From Octopus vulgaris (taxonomy: Eukaryota), in contig OX597818.1 in the NCBI GenBank assembly GCA_951406725.2, positions 131,006,001 to 131,070,000 on the forward strand: DNA of 64,000 nt. Direction: 5' to 3'. A program made the position numbers and the translations under genes. The notes beneath the pieces were generated by a model, which was not told the origin of the DNA, did not search any database, and saw only the letters and a list, made by a program, of their open reading frames with translations. This document shows positions 37,040 through 49,199 of the stretch, piece by piece. How positions within the stretch are numbered: position 1 is the stretch's first letter; the number at the start of each line of letters is the position of its first letter.

Positions 37040-37146
37040 TCATCATCATCATTGTTCGACCGTGGTCGAGACAATGGAATTTACCATGCTACGCCAGACT
37101 TCCCGGTCCATCATGGCATTACGGAGGTCCTGTTGCTGGATGCCAT
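37040..37146 (-). pseudogene. extreme 3' end of an RTE-like LINE
   Basis: GIQQQDLRNAMMDREVWRSMVNSIVSTTVEQ* followed by (TGA)n. DRxxWR terminal motif. Confidence 0.7.
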
Positions 37147-37618
37147 ATAAATATATATGTATGTAGGTATAATAATTAACATCACAGTTTTAATGTCCTC
37201 ATTATCATGCTTGTATTGAGCCTATTTTCTGGTATGCTGTTCTTTCTGTAACCAACCTACATGAGTATTCATGTAATATCTTCAGATTGATAGACCTAGA
37301 TTTCACCAACCCTTTGACCAACATTCAGGAATCATGGGAGACAATGAAAGAAATACAGGGACGTCCATTCTGTTACAGCAGTAGTGCATTCCTGAAAATC
37401 TTGCCATAATTTGAAATTCATGAAGCAAAACCAATTTTCCAATTGATTCTGGGGATCTTAAAGAACGGTAATATATCTCTTGTTCTCCAAACACAAAAGA
37501 ATACAATGTCCACAAAACTGCAAAAGAATAACATGACTGTCTTGTATGATAGTGACTTTTGTCATACAAGCATGATATCCAGACTAGATAAACCCATGCC
37601 CCCCCACCACACATATAA

Positions 37619-37661
<43 letters not shown>

Positions 37662-37811
37662 AATATAGCGCTAGAGTCGACCATATAGTGGTCACTCTCT
37701 TATATTTGTGTATAAATTTTTATTGTATCCCTGGTTTTTATGCGCTAATCCACTTGGTGTTAAATTGATGGTATTATTAAATTAATATCCAATTTTTCAC
37801 CTTTATTTTTG

Positions 37812-37855
<44 letters not shown>

Positions 37856-38320
37856 CTTGTAGCTTATTTTGATTATAATCACCACATTTGATTTGTATGG
37901 ATAATACCATACAAAATTCTGGTGCCTTTAACTTAAGTACCATATTCATCTGAATCTAAATTTTGCTGAACTTATATATATATATATATTATATGTGTGT
38001 GTGTATAAATATATATATGGTAAAATCAATAAAAAAAAGAAGCACTGTAAACTGGAAGAGTGGAGTGGAAAATTTGTTTCAGTCACAGTTCTTTTTCAGG
38101 AAAAAAATTGAAATAATAATAATAAAAATGATTTCAAATTTTGTCACAAGGCCAGTAATATCAGGGAAGTGGACAAGTTGATTACATTGGCCCCAATACT
38201 CAACTAGTACTTATTTTATCGACCTCAGAAGGATGAAAGGTAATGTCAACCTTGGTGGAATTTGAACTCAGAACATAAAGACGAACTAAATGGCACCAAG
38301 CATTTTGCCCTGCATGCTAA

Positions 38321-38361
<41 letters not shown>

Positions 38362-38586
38362 TTAATAATAATAAATCAATGTCACATCGATTGTTATTCC
38401 TTAATATCAATTGTGGAAGATGATTGACTAAACCTTTCTCCATCATGTACTTCTAATCATGGTCTTCCCTGGATCTTAGACAATGAAAATACATATGAAG
38501 GTTAAAATCAACAGTCAAAAATCAATTCTGATTGATAATAAATGTCTTCTGGGAAAGAATCTATCGTGTTTCACATCAAATGTTAT

Positions 38587-38976
38587 GGATGGAACCACTC
38601 CGTCGGTTACGACGATGAGGGTTCCGGTTGATCCGAATCAACGGAACAGCCTGCTCATGAAATTAACGTGTAAGTGGCTGAGCACTCCACAGACACGTGT
38701 ACCCTTAATGTAGTTCTCGGGGATATTCAGCATGACACAGAGAGTGACAAGGCCGGCCCTTTGAAATACAGGTACAACAGAAACAGGAAGTAAGAGTGAG
38801 AGAAAGTTGTGGTGAAAGAGTACAGCAGGGATCACCACCATCCCCTGCCGGAGTCTCATGGAGCTTTAGGTGTTTTCGCTCAATAAACACTCACAACGCC
38901 CGGTCTGGGAATCGAAACCGTGATCCTATGACCGTGAGTCCACTGCCCTAACCACTGGGCCATTGTGCCTCCACGA
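38587..38976 (-). mobile_element. SINE family C, full length
   Basis: 12-bp TSD ATCAAATGTTAT at 38575-38586 and 38977-38988. Confidence 0.92.
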
Positions 38977-38999
38977 ATCAAATGTTATAGTCAATGCTG

Positions 39000-39840
39000 A
39001 ATGCACGCCTGTTTATATTTAGTGTTGATTTTAAATGCCATTTCTAATTGACAGTTTACTATTCAGATTTTGTGAATTCATTGTGTATTTGGTATTGACT
39101 TTAAATGTCAAATTGCTATCTCACTAGTCTTTTATTGTGGAATGTCCTTACATACTTGATGTGACATTTTTAGCGTCAAGTTACTATTTAGTCAATCAAT
39201 CACCATCGTTTACTGTTAAATATCTAATATATTTGCCATTTATATTAAATGTCAAATCAGCATTTCAACAATCTCTCAATATAATTTATTTCTTTATGTC
39301 TTAAAATATACATTGACTTTAAAATGTCAAGTTTCTCTTTGACCAGACAACCACTGCTATTTACTGCTGAATGTCTAATAAATTTGCTGATGATTTTATA
39401 CGTCAAATCACCATTTCATCCATATCTCATCATAATTCATTTCTGTTTGTCCTAAAATATATATTGACATTACATGTCAAGTTACTATTTCACAAATCAA
39501 TCATCGCTATTTATGGTCAAATGTCTTATAAATTTGCTACCAACTTTAAATCTTAAATCGCTATTTCATTCATCTCTTGCCATAGTTTACTTTTGTATGT
39601 CCTAATATATACCAACTTTAAATGTTAATTCACTATTTCATCAGTTTTTTTTCATCATCAATCATGGCTGAATATCTAATGTAAGTGGTACTGACTGACT
39701 TTAAATGTCAGTCCATTATTTGACCAATTTCTCACTATCAATCAGTGTTGAATTTTTCATATATTTGGATTTAACTTTAAATGTCAAATTACCATTTAAC
39801 CAACCTCTCCATCACCAATTATTGCTGAATGCCTTATGTA
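39000..39840. repeat. degenerate ~75-bp tandem repeat, about 11 units
   Basis: ACTTTAAATGTCAA-like anchors near 39034, 39105, 39173, 39249, 39324, 39400, 39474, 39549, 39622, 39705, 39781. Confidence 0.75.
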
Positions 39841-42487
39841 TCTTTTAAGCTGCTGTAGTCATTTTAATGCTTTCTTACTTTGGCACAAAGCAACAAAATT
39901 ATAGGAGAGGATTACCTGCACTACAGGGCAGAAAATTAGAGTCACTTCCAGATAGGTTTGAACACAAGGCACAAAGATTACACGTGAACATGACAGGGCA
40001 TTTATCCTGCCACTTTATCGTCTCTGATGAACCATCATCATTTTGGCTTGTAAATGATATAACAACTATTGTTATATTTCAGAAAGGCTACTTATTTTTA
40101 CTTGCCAAATAAACACTTTGCACTATACATTTGTTCTTTACATGTTCCTTATTGTTCTTATTTTATTTTATGTCCAACTTTTCTAAAGTTGCTGAAAGAT
40201 CACAGATGTTTGACAAAAAATTTCCAGACAATGGCATACAATAAAATAAGAACAATAATAAACAAGTGAAAAACGAATATATAGTGCATGTGTTTATTTA
40301 GCAAAAAATAACAGCCATCCTGAAATATAACAATATCTCTTTTAAGACAGGGTTTCACATCAAGAATCTTGCAAACAAATTCATAAATGTAACAATAAAA
40401 CAACTATTTCACTTTAAAATTGGTTCAAAACAAGACAGAACATAGCAGAAGAGAATTCAACACAATGGCCAATAATGGTCCCTCTAACCATTTTTTGTCT
40501 AAAGACTCCTTTGACACCTATTTTACTTGGATGGATCCCTATAGTCATTTGAAGTTTTTTAAAATCCTATCACATCTTTATACTAAAACAAAGAATTGTA
40601 TAAAAAAACAATTGTTAAACTATTCTATGTATTGTAAAAGTATAATAAATTTATTGCACATAAATTCTACCAACAAAGTCTTATATGGATCTCCAATAGC
40701 CAAATGGACCCTGATTGAGAGCTACAGCTTCACTAGAAATAGCAGCCAAATCTTCTTTTATATTATACCTTACATCTTAAAAAAATAGAAAGAACACATC
40801 AGACAATGTCATCCTACATATACAAAATCTAAAGAACATAAAATGATGGTCTAATCAAAACAAGAATGCTTTTGATCATAGAACTGTTGGATCAGGTTCA
40901 ACCAATAGCTGAACAACAGTATCAACAGAAACATGGCATGGATCAACCCATCAAATAATTAACATCAACACTGTCTTTCTATATGGTGAGTTCAGTAAGA
41001 CTATGCTCTCTTCAGAATTAAGTACCACCCATGGTGTCAATCAGTAAACTCTTGAAATTTTCATTTTAAAAATTTGTTTTGTGCAGTAATTTTGCAATTA
41101 GAAATAATAAGTTGAAAATTAGCAGTGATTTCCTTCTATCTCCGTTTATCAATGACCATCTAATTCTGTAATGTTCATAAACAAGAGCAAATTGGTTATT
41201 AATTAATCTGTATATGTAAAATTTTTACTTTAGCATTCAGTGTATCACTTACCAATGGTAAGCCTTCAGTGTGTCAGAGAATTAATCTAGGGTTTTGTCA
41301 CCAAAGGCCTGAGTATTTCTAATAAGGTGGTAGAGGCATTAACCTTAAGGAGACAACAGGACTAATCTATCAACCGAAAAGTCAAACGATGAAAAAGGTT
41401 GCATTAGTTCATTCAATTTTCTACAAGAATATACTTTTATATATGTAAATTAGTTAATTTTTTAATGATTTAAAAAAAAACTAAGTGCATGCCCTCTGTA
41501 GGTTTGTGATAAGGGTTCCAGCTTTTTGACATTGAAACTCCAAATGAGGCTCAGTCTCCAAAAGGTTAATGAGTTGAACAAAATGCTTAGTGGCATTTCG
41601 ACAATGTTTACATTTTTTAGTTTTAAAAATTGAGCTTTGGATGACTTGGCCTTTTATTCTTTTGCAGTTGATAGAATATGTACTAGTTGAGAACTGGGGT
41701 TGATATAATTGAGGAATAATTAATATTATTGTTATTTATTGTCTATTGTCTATTGTCTATTATAGTTAATTTAATTGATTTATTTAATATAAATACCTCA
41801 TTTTTCCTTTTTGGTTTTGCACCTTTGTGGTTTAACCTTGTGGTTTAACCTTGTATTTTCCTCAACACCCTCTTCTGGCCAAGAAAATAAACCCATGTTG
41901 TTGCTGTTGTTGCTATTATTGTTGTTGTTATTATTGTTGATATTGTTGTTGTTGATAATGATGATAATGTTATCACTGTTAAATTATTATTTTTCTACTG
42001 CAAATGCTGTTACTACGACTACTACCACCCCAACTGCAACAACTAATCATTATTAGTGAGACTGTAATCATCATCACTATCATCATCATCATATGTTTTC
42101 CCTCTTAGATAGCAGGAAAATCCGTTAATTTCACCGACCTTTCAAAGACCTCAGCTGTGAATTGTAAATTAGATAATTATCTCTTGATTAGTGGATAAAA
42201 CCAATTGCAACTGTTAGGTGTCTGGTTTAAGCCACAGTAATAGCAACTGTTACTAAAAGTAATTACAACAAACAAACTCTTAGAGCAAGAATTTACAATA
42301 AACTTCAAGCAGTCTAGATTTTGTTACCATTTTCTTTTGTCTGCTGAGTACTTTTTTCTATTTAATCTTCAACTTTAAATAGTGATATTTTATTTATTTT
42401 GTATATGGAATGTAAGGGAATGTGACAGTTTTCACAATCAATATCTTTGCATTCTGGCATTTTAAATAAATAAATAAATAAATAAAT

Positions 42488-42826
42488 AGGCGCAGGAGTG
42501 GCTGTATGGTAAGTAGCTTGCTTACCAACCACATGGTTCCGGGTTCCATCCTATTGTGTGGCACCTTGGGTAAGTGTCTTCTACTATAGCCTTGGGATGA
42601 CCAAGGCCTTGTGAGTGGATTTGGTAGGCAGAAACTGAAAGAAGTCCATTATACAAATGTGTGTGTGTGTGTTTATCCCCCCCCCACCATTGCTTGACAA
42701 CCAATGCCAGTGTGTTTACATCCCCATAACTTAGCAGTTCAGCAAAAGAGACCTATAGAATAAGTACTAGGCTTACAAGGAATAGGTCCTGGGGTCGATA
42801 TTTTTGACTAAAGGTGATGCTCCAGC
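42488..42826 (+). mobile_element. SINE family A, 3'-truncated
   Basis: Matches the consensus, then runs into (CAGA)n. Confidence 0.85.
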
Positions 42827-42867
42827 AGACAGACAGACAGACAGACAGAACGGATTTTATATAATAG

Positions 42868-42900
<33 letters not shown>

Positions 42901-44091
42901 ACGAGCTTCTTTTAAGATTTTAAGAACATTGTCCCCGAAATACCAAATAAGGCAGAAAGGGTTCTACTGTATAGATCCTAACAAGGCCTGACAACATTTT
43001 TAAATATATTACATTCATGAGGATTTAAGATGAAGATTATAATGATACTAGTTACATATTTCTTTATTTTATTTTATTTTATTTTATTAATTTATCTATT
43101 TATTAGCATCTTTGTTTTAGTCATTTGAAATTCTAAATTTACATCACATAAAAAAAATTAATTTTCACATTGAAAATTTCAACACAGAACTAAGAAACAA
43201 AACATATTCATAGAATAAAATATTTGAAACTACATTTTAAAAAAAGGATATATATAGAAAAAATTAGAAAGATGAATATATTTAATAAAAATTTAATTTT
43301 CCATATTAACAAACAGACCTAAAAAAAATTCCCTTAAAATATATGGAACAAAAACTACTGTAAAACAACAATAAAAAAGAGAGCTCATTTTAACACACCT
43401 GAATTTACCTTTTCACAAGTTGTGTTTAAATGTTTATAGTAAAATAATAAAAATTTGTTTCATATCAGCTTTAGTAAACACACTTTAACACAGCATTAAA
43501 TTTGGAAGGTGATGTATATTATGTGTTGAAATTTGTGTAAGTGTGAGTGACTGTGATGAGGGTATGCAATGGTCTGTAGTTTATGTGGCCCATGTGGTGG
43601 TGTGTGCTTATGCATTTGGTTGGTTGGTTTGTTGGTTTGTTGGTTGGTTGGGTGTGTGGGTGGATAGAAGGATGGTGGAGGAAATGTTTGCGATTAATAA
43701 TTAAACCTTTCCCAGCCCCACTTTCACCGTATCCATTCTCTAGTTTCTGCTTTGCTCTTTTATATGGTATTTCGATAAATTAAGTTTTAAATTATTTTGA
43801 ATTAAATTTAACATCTGCTCTTAAGACATTTGAGTTTATTTTCTAAATGAAATAAATAAATAAATGTAAAACACTAAAGTAAAAAAAAAAAATGCAGATT
43901 AAACAAAACAAAAACAAGAAGCTACCAGAAAGCCCCACTGAAAACAACAGCTAAAAGGAAAAAAACAGTCAAATACAGCAAGTAACTTAGCACCAGAAGG
44001 ACAATAAGAGCAGTGAAAACTAATATACAACAATAACAACAGAAATAACTATTAAAATAAACAACTACAACAGTATATGTTGTTATATGTA

Positions 44092-44452
44092 AGGCGAAGA
44101 CGTTTGTAGTGCTGAATGTGTTTGCTTTGAACCTCATGGTTCCGAGTGCAATCCAACCTTATGCAAGCGTCTTTAGCCACAATCTTGGGTTGGCCAATAT
44201 TTTCTCTAAGTGAAAGTTAGTAAACAGAGGTAGTGTGGCAGCCCATATGTGTTTGCGTGTAGGTTAGTTCCATGTAAAAACCATCCTGTACACTCTGTAA
44301 AGTGGTAGGCATCAACAAGGGTATCCATCTGTAGAAATCATGCCGAAACAGACAACTGGAGACTGTGCAGCTCTCCAGCTGGCCAGCTTCCTGTTAAACT
44401 GTCCAACCTGTGCCAAGATGGAAAAACAGCCCTCAAATGATGATGATGATGA
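44092..44452 (+). mobile_element. old SINE with family D tail
   Basis: Degenerate tRNA-like head, AAGGGTATCCATCTGTAGAAA, (GAT)n end. Confidence 0.55.
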
Positions 44453-45506
44453 TTTAGATTAATATAATCCAAAGATCCTGTTGTAGGAAGTTTGTAAACT
44501 TCATTCATGTATACATCTTTTATAGATAACAAAATGTGGACAATATACTTTAAAAAGAGATTATTAACCATCATTTGTTACACACTTCATCCTATATTGA
44601 AATCAGTCAAAACTTCAATAAGCTGAGAGTCACCACACAACTCAGTTTATCCACTAAAGTTGCTGAAAATACGAACAGAAATCTGAGAATGTTTGGAATG
44701 GAAAGCGTAATGAAGAAAGACTACAAATGTTTCATAGCTAAAAACAATGGTTGTTACATAACTTGTAATGCACATAAAACCTGCTTAGCTTATCTTCTGA
44801 TCCTATTACCTTCAACACACACACACAGATATATGATTATATATGACAGGTTTCTTGAGCACCATATTCATCTGAATCTAAATTTTGCTGAACTCATCTA
44901 CCATACCCAATATATATATATATAGGGATGGTATTATTAAAATACCATCACAAGTGGTAAGCGAATTATTAGCTGTGCAGGCAAATTAATAAAATATATA
45001 CATACAATATTAGATATGTACATATATACATAAAGGTACTAAATGAGTACCTATATCGCTCATGATCGAAGTCAAAAAATACTTCTGTACCACCGAAAAG
45101 TCACAAATCTATTACAGACAAGATAGGAAAAAATATCAGATATAAATTTAAGAAAACTATAACACTATGGAAAATTCAAGGCCTTAATAGCAAATCACAG
45201 AATTCCTTTCTGCTTTGGACAACAGCTTCAAGTTGCTGAATTTACATTTATATATGATTGTATAAGATTATTCTTTACAATAACTCTATGATGAATCATT
45301 TTTCAGCAACAGATCTGCATAGGTGCTTCCTCAGGTTGAATATGATCAAATGCTGTTGGATTTGTTTTTGAACTTCAACAAATACACCATATCTATTACT
45401 CTCTGCCAATTACTTCATTAGCTTCCAGGTGACACAAAAACAAATACAAAACTAATATCACAGTAACAGTACCAACAAGAATAACAATAAGAGAATATAT
45501 ATTTTG

Positions 45507-45869
45507 CATGAAGTTAAATATATGTCCGATCATAGAGAGACCAATGGTTTCACATCCATGAAGCACTTAGCCTTATAGATGACTCGTCAGACTCCAATGG
45601 CTGTGGGCATATAATGTCTCTTGAAACTGGTGGTAGAAAACCGTTATGGTCAGTTAGATTGTGAGCAATAGAATAATATACACTGTATAATATTATTCTT
45701 TTATTCTTTTGTTTACAAATTAACTGACCATAATGGTTTTCTACTTCCATTTTGAACAGAGGTTATATGCCCATGGTCATTGGCACCACAGAGTCATCTA
45801 TAGAGCTAAGTGTTTTATGGAAGCGAAACCACTGGTCACTTTATGACCAGACATATAGTTAATTTCATG
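45507..45869. repeat. largest fold-back inverted repeat (~170 bp arms)
   Basis: GTAGAAAACCGTTATGGTCAGTTA mirrors TAACTGACCATAATGGTTTTCTAC. Same family as 30828-31009. Confidence 0.88.
45535..45594 (-). ncRNA. type-I hammerhead with canonical core
   Basis: GAGT-CTGACGA-GTCATCTAT...ATGGATGT-GAAA-CCATTG-GTC-TCTC. One stem I mismatch; the 30978 homologue has ACTC. Confidence 0.7.
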
Positions 45870-46892
45870 TGAATACATTACTGCTCTAGCTTTTAGAGTG
45901 CGCTTCTTTTTTGGAGATATGATCCACTGATAAGATATATGTGTGTGTGTGTGTGCATGCATGAAAATGTTAGCAAAGCTAGATATCTGATATGTATATA
46001 GATCTACACACATATGCATATATGCATTTCTAAATATCAATACAATCATGCATTCAGATTTCTTTTTTCCTTTGACTGCAATTAGATTTCTGCTATTTTT
46101 TGAAATAGTTGAAATTTTTGAATAGTTTGGATAAATACCTATGTGTATTATGTGTGTATGGCCATATATATATATACATAAACACATGAATGTATGTGTG
46201 TGTGTATAAATATATATATATATATGTATGTATGTATGTATGTATCTATCTATCTATAAATTTGTTAGTATGTGGGATGGTATTTCTAATATGATATCCT
46301 ACTGTTTTGATGCTAATATGCTTCACAATCTAAAATATCTTTTAGAAATGCCAAAAATACCAAGTTGTAGAATTAACCTTATAAAACAGAATGGATGCTA
46401 TCCAATATACACACCTAAATGCAGAACTGCATATGCATTGATGATGACTGAAGACAAGCATGAAAATGTCAATAAAAAAAATAAACAAAATCAAAGAAGA
46501 AAAAAAACTGAATTTGAAGGAGAAAATCTAACACAGAAATTTATAATATAAATAGATAATTTAAATAAAAAGGGTAGGAGGAAAAAATCCCAAAGAGAAA
46601 AATGGTAAATCTAAAAGACTTTTGAAAATTCATCCATTTTAATTGCCAATTCAAATTCAAATAAAGACTTTTCTATCTTCTTTTTCATGGTATAATCAAG
46701 ATAGGTTTTGATGCAGTTTCAACAACCATGCTTAGGAAGCAGTTGTATTCTATAAAAAAAATTTCAAAAAAGTGTGTTTCTTTTTTGCTGTAGAATTTTA
46801 TTTCCCAGAGCTTAACAGGAGTAAAAAGAAAAAGAGGATAATAAAAAACCTGAAACTCTTTCGTTTCTTATTCTCCATTTGTATAATCAGTC

Positions 46893-47078
46893 TAGTGTCC
46901 TCATCTTGATTGTTATAGTTCCAATATTTCAACCATTATAGCCTCTAGCATTTTTTTTGGTGCTTGTTCTATTCAATTTGTTTGTGAATATTTACCGAAT
47001 ATGGCAGATACCTGAAGAAGGCTGGAAAATACAACAACTGAAACATTATGAGTATAACAACCAAGATGGCAACACTAC
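46893..47078. repeat. old inverted repeat with a hammerhead-like core on the plus arm
   Basis: CTGAAGA-A-GGCTG..CAACT-GAAA-CA-TT at 47012-47047. TAGTGTCCTCATCTTGATTGTTATA mirrors TATAACAACCAAGATGGCAACACTA. Confidence 0.55.
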
Positions 47079-47355
47079 TCTTAGTAATATCACAATGTAT
47101 AATAAGAGAGTGAGTTCTCAAAATCATTAGCATGCAGAGAAAAATGCTCAGTGGCATGTCATCCATCTCCAAATTCTGAGTTCTAATTCTACTGAGGTCA
47201 GCTTGGCATTTCATCCTTTCAGGGTCAATAAAATAAATCCCAGTTGAACACAGGGTTTGATGTAATTGACTTACCCCCTACCCTAATTTACAGGCCTAAT
47301 GCTAAAATTTGAAACCAATATATCAATGTATAATAATTCATAATAATGTATAATA

Positions 47356-47566
47356 TGAGTCTGCTGAAAAGCTCCTGGCATTAAGGGTATCACAAAAAAC
47401 CTGGCTGGAGGTCCAACCTTCCAAGTTCTTTTAGAGGCTTAGAAAAACTGAAGGACCACTGCAATAAGTGCATGGATCTGAGAGGGAAATATGTTGAAAG
47501 AAATCATTAACTGATCCTCCTATATTTTCTTTTACCCAAATCCAGGAACTTTTCAACACCGACTCA
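47356..47566 (+). mobile_element. mariner-derived MITE
   Basis: TA-TGAGTCTGCTGAAAAGCTCCTGG / CCAGGAACTTTTCAACACCGACTCA-TA TIRs. Remnant GLEKLKDHCNKCMDLRGKYVE of the mariner C-terminus. Confidence 0.8.
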
Positions 47567-47859
47567 TAATGTTTCTAATTTAGGTACGAGATCAGCAATT
47601 CTGAGGAAAGGGGGTTAGTTGATTACATCAACTTCAGTATTTAACAGGTATTTTTTTTTATATATTTGTAAACCCCAGAAGTGTGAAAGGTATAATAGAC
47701 CATGGCAGAATCAAAATTCAGAAAGTAAAGCGCTGGAAGAAATACTGTAAGGCACTTTTCTGACGCTCTATCACGTCTGCTAATCCACTACCCAAATATA
47801 TGTGTATAATGATGGTAATTCCTTCTATTAGAAATTCTGAGTTTCTCTCTTTCTCTTTT

Positions 47860-48265
47860 TTTTTCTCGCTTTTACCTGTTTCAGTCATTTGACTGCGGCC
47901 ATGCTGGAGCACCACCTTTAATCGAGCAACTCGACCCCGGGACTTATTCTTTGTAAGCCCAGTACTTATTCTATCGGTCTCTTTTTGCCGAACCGCTAAG
48001 TGACGGGGACATAAACACACCAGCATCGGTTGTCAAGCAATGCTAGGGGTACAAACACAGACACACAAACACACACACATATATATATATATACATATAT
48101 ACGACAGGCTTCTTTCAGTTTCCGTCTACCAGATCCACTCACAAGGCTTTGGTCAGCCCGAGGCTATAGTAGAAGACACTTGCCCAAGGTGCCATGCAGT
48201 GGAGCTGAACCCGGAACCATGTGGTTGGTAAACAAGCTACTTACCACACAGCCACTCTTGCGCCT
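47860..48265 (-). mobile_element. SINE family A, full length
   Basis: Matches the consensus. Confidence 0.92.
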
Positions 48266-48509
48266 TTTATTTCCTTTTATTTTATTTAACATTTTTGTTG
48301 TTATTGTTTAATCATAAAATCTATTGCCACACTACAAGCTAATATTCTATGTGGTTGCCCAACCTATCATTTTTTATTGCATTCACTCTTAACATCTTTC
48401 TAGTTATTTAACAAGGCCATTTGCCAAACAGTAATGATATTTAATAGCTAGCCTCAGGGATTATGGAATATTGACCAGTAGACAGTGTGAAGGCTTGGAA
48501 TGCCAACAT

Positions 48510-48740
48510 ATTCTTTTACTTGTTGCAGTCATTTTACTGCAGCCATGCTGGAGCACCACCTTAGACGGTTTCAGTCAAAGAAACCAACCCCAGGATATAT
48601 TCTTTGTAAGCCTAGTATTTATTCTATCAGTTTCTTTTACTGAACTGCAAAATGATGGTGATGTAAACATACCAACATCAGTTGTCAAGCAGAGGTGGGG
48701 AGACAAACATAGGCACAGAGATGCACACAGGTAAATACAT

Positions 48741-48773
<33 letters not shown>

Positions 48774-48947
48774 CATACACACACAACAGGCATCTTTCAG
48801 TTTCCATCTATAAAATCCACTCACAAGGCTTTGGTCAGCCTGTGACTATAGTGGAAGACACTTGCTCAAGGTGTCACGCAGTGGGACTGAACCTGGAACC
48901 ATGTGGTTGGGAAGCAAGCTCCTTACCACACAGCCATGCCTGTGCTT
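48510..48947 (-). mobile_element. SINE family A (older)
   Basis: Diverged match. Confidence 0.85.
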
Positions 48948-48986
48948 ATATATATATATATATAGCAAAGGCTTTTACACACACAA

Positions 48987-49024
<38 letters not shown>

Positions 49025-49199
49025 TTGTGTGTGTGTGTGTGACACACTGTGTTATGGAACTTCCTCAAGGGATATAATCGAAAATTGAGTAACATGTATA
49101 TTGGTAGTCCAGCTCTTTGTTTTCTTGCAGGCTATTGATTTAGAAAACCTTAGCACAATTATCTTATACCAATTGACCACATTAGTGTTGGTGTAAAAC

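Noticed and set aside
39000-39840. CRISPR-like regularly spaced anchors
   Set aside because: The intervening sequences are homologous to each other, so this is a decayed satellite in a eukaryotic context.
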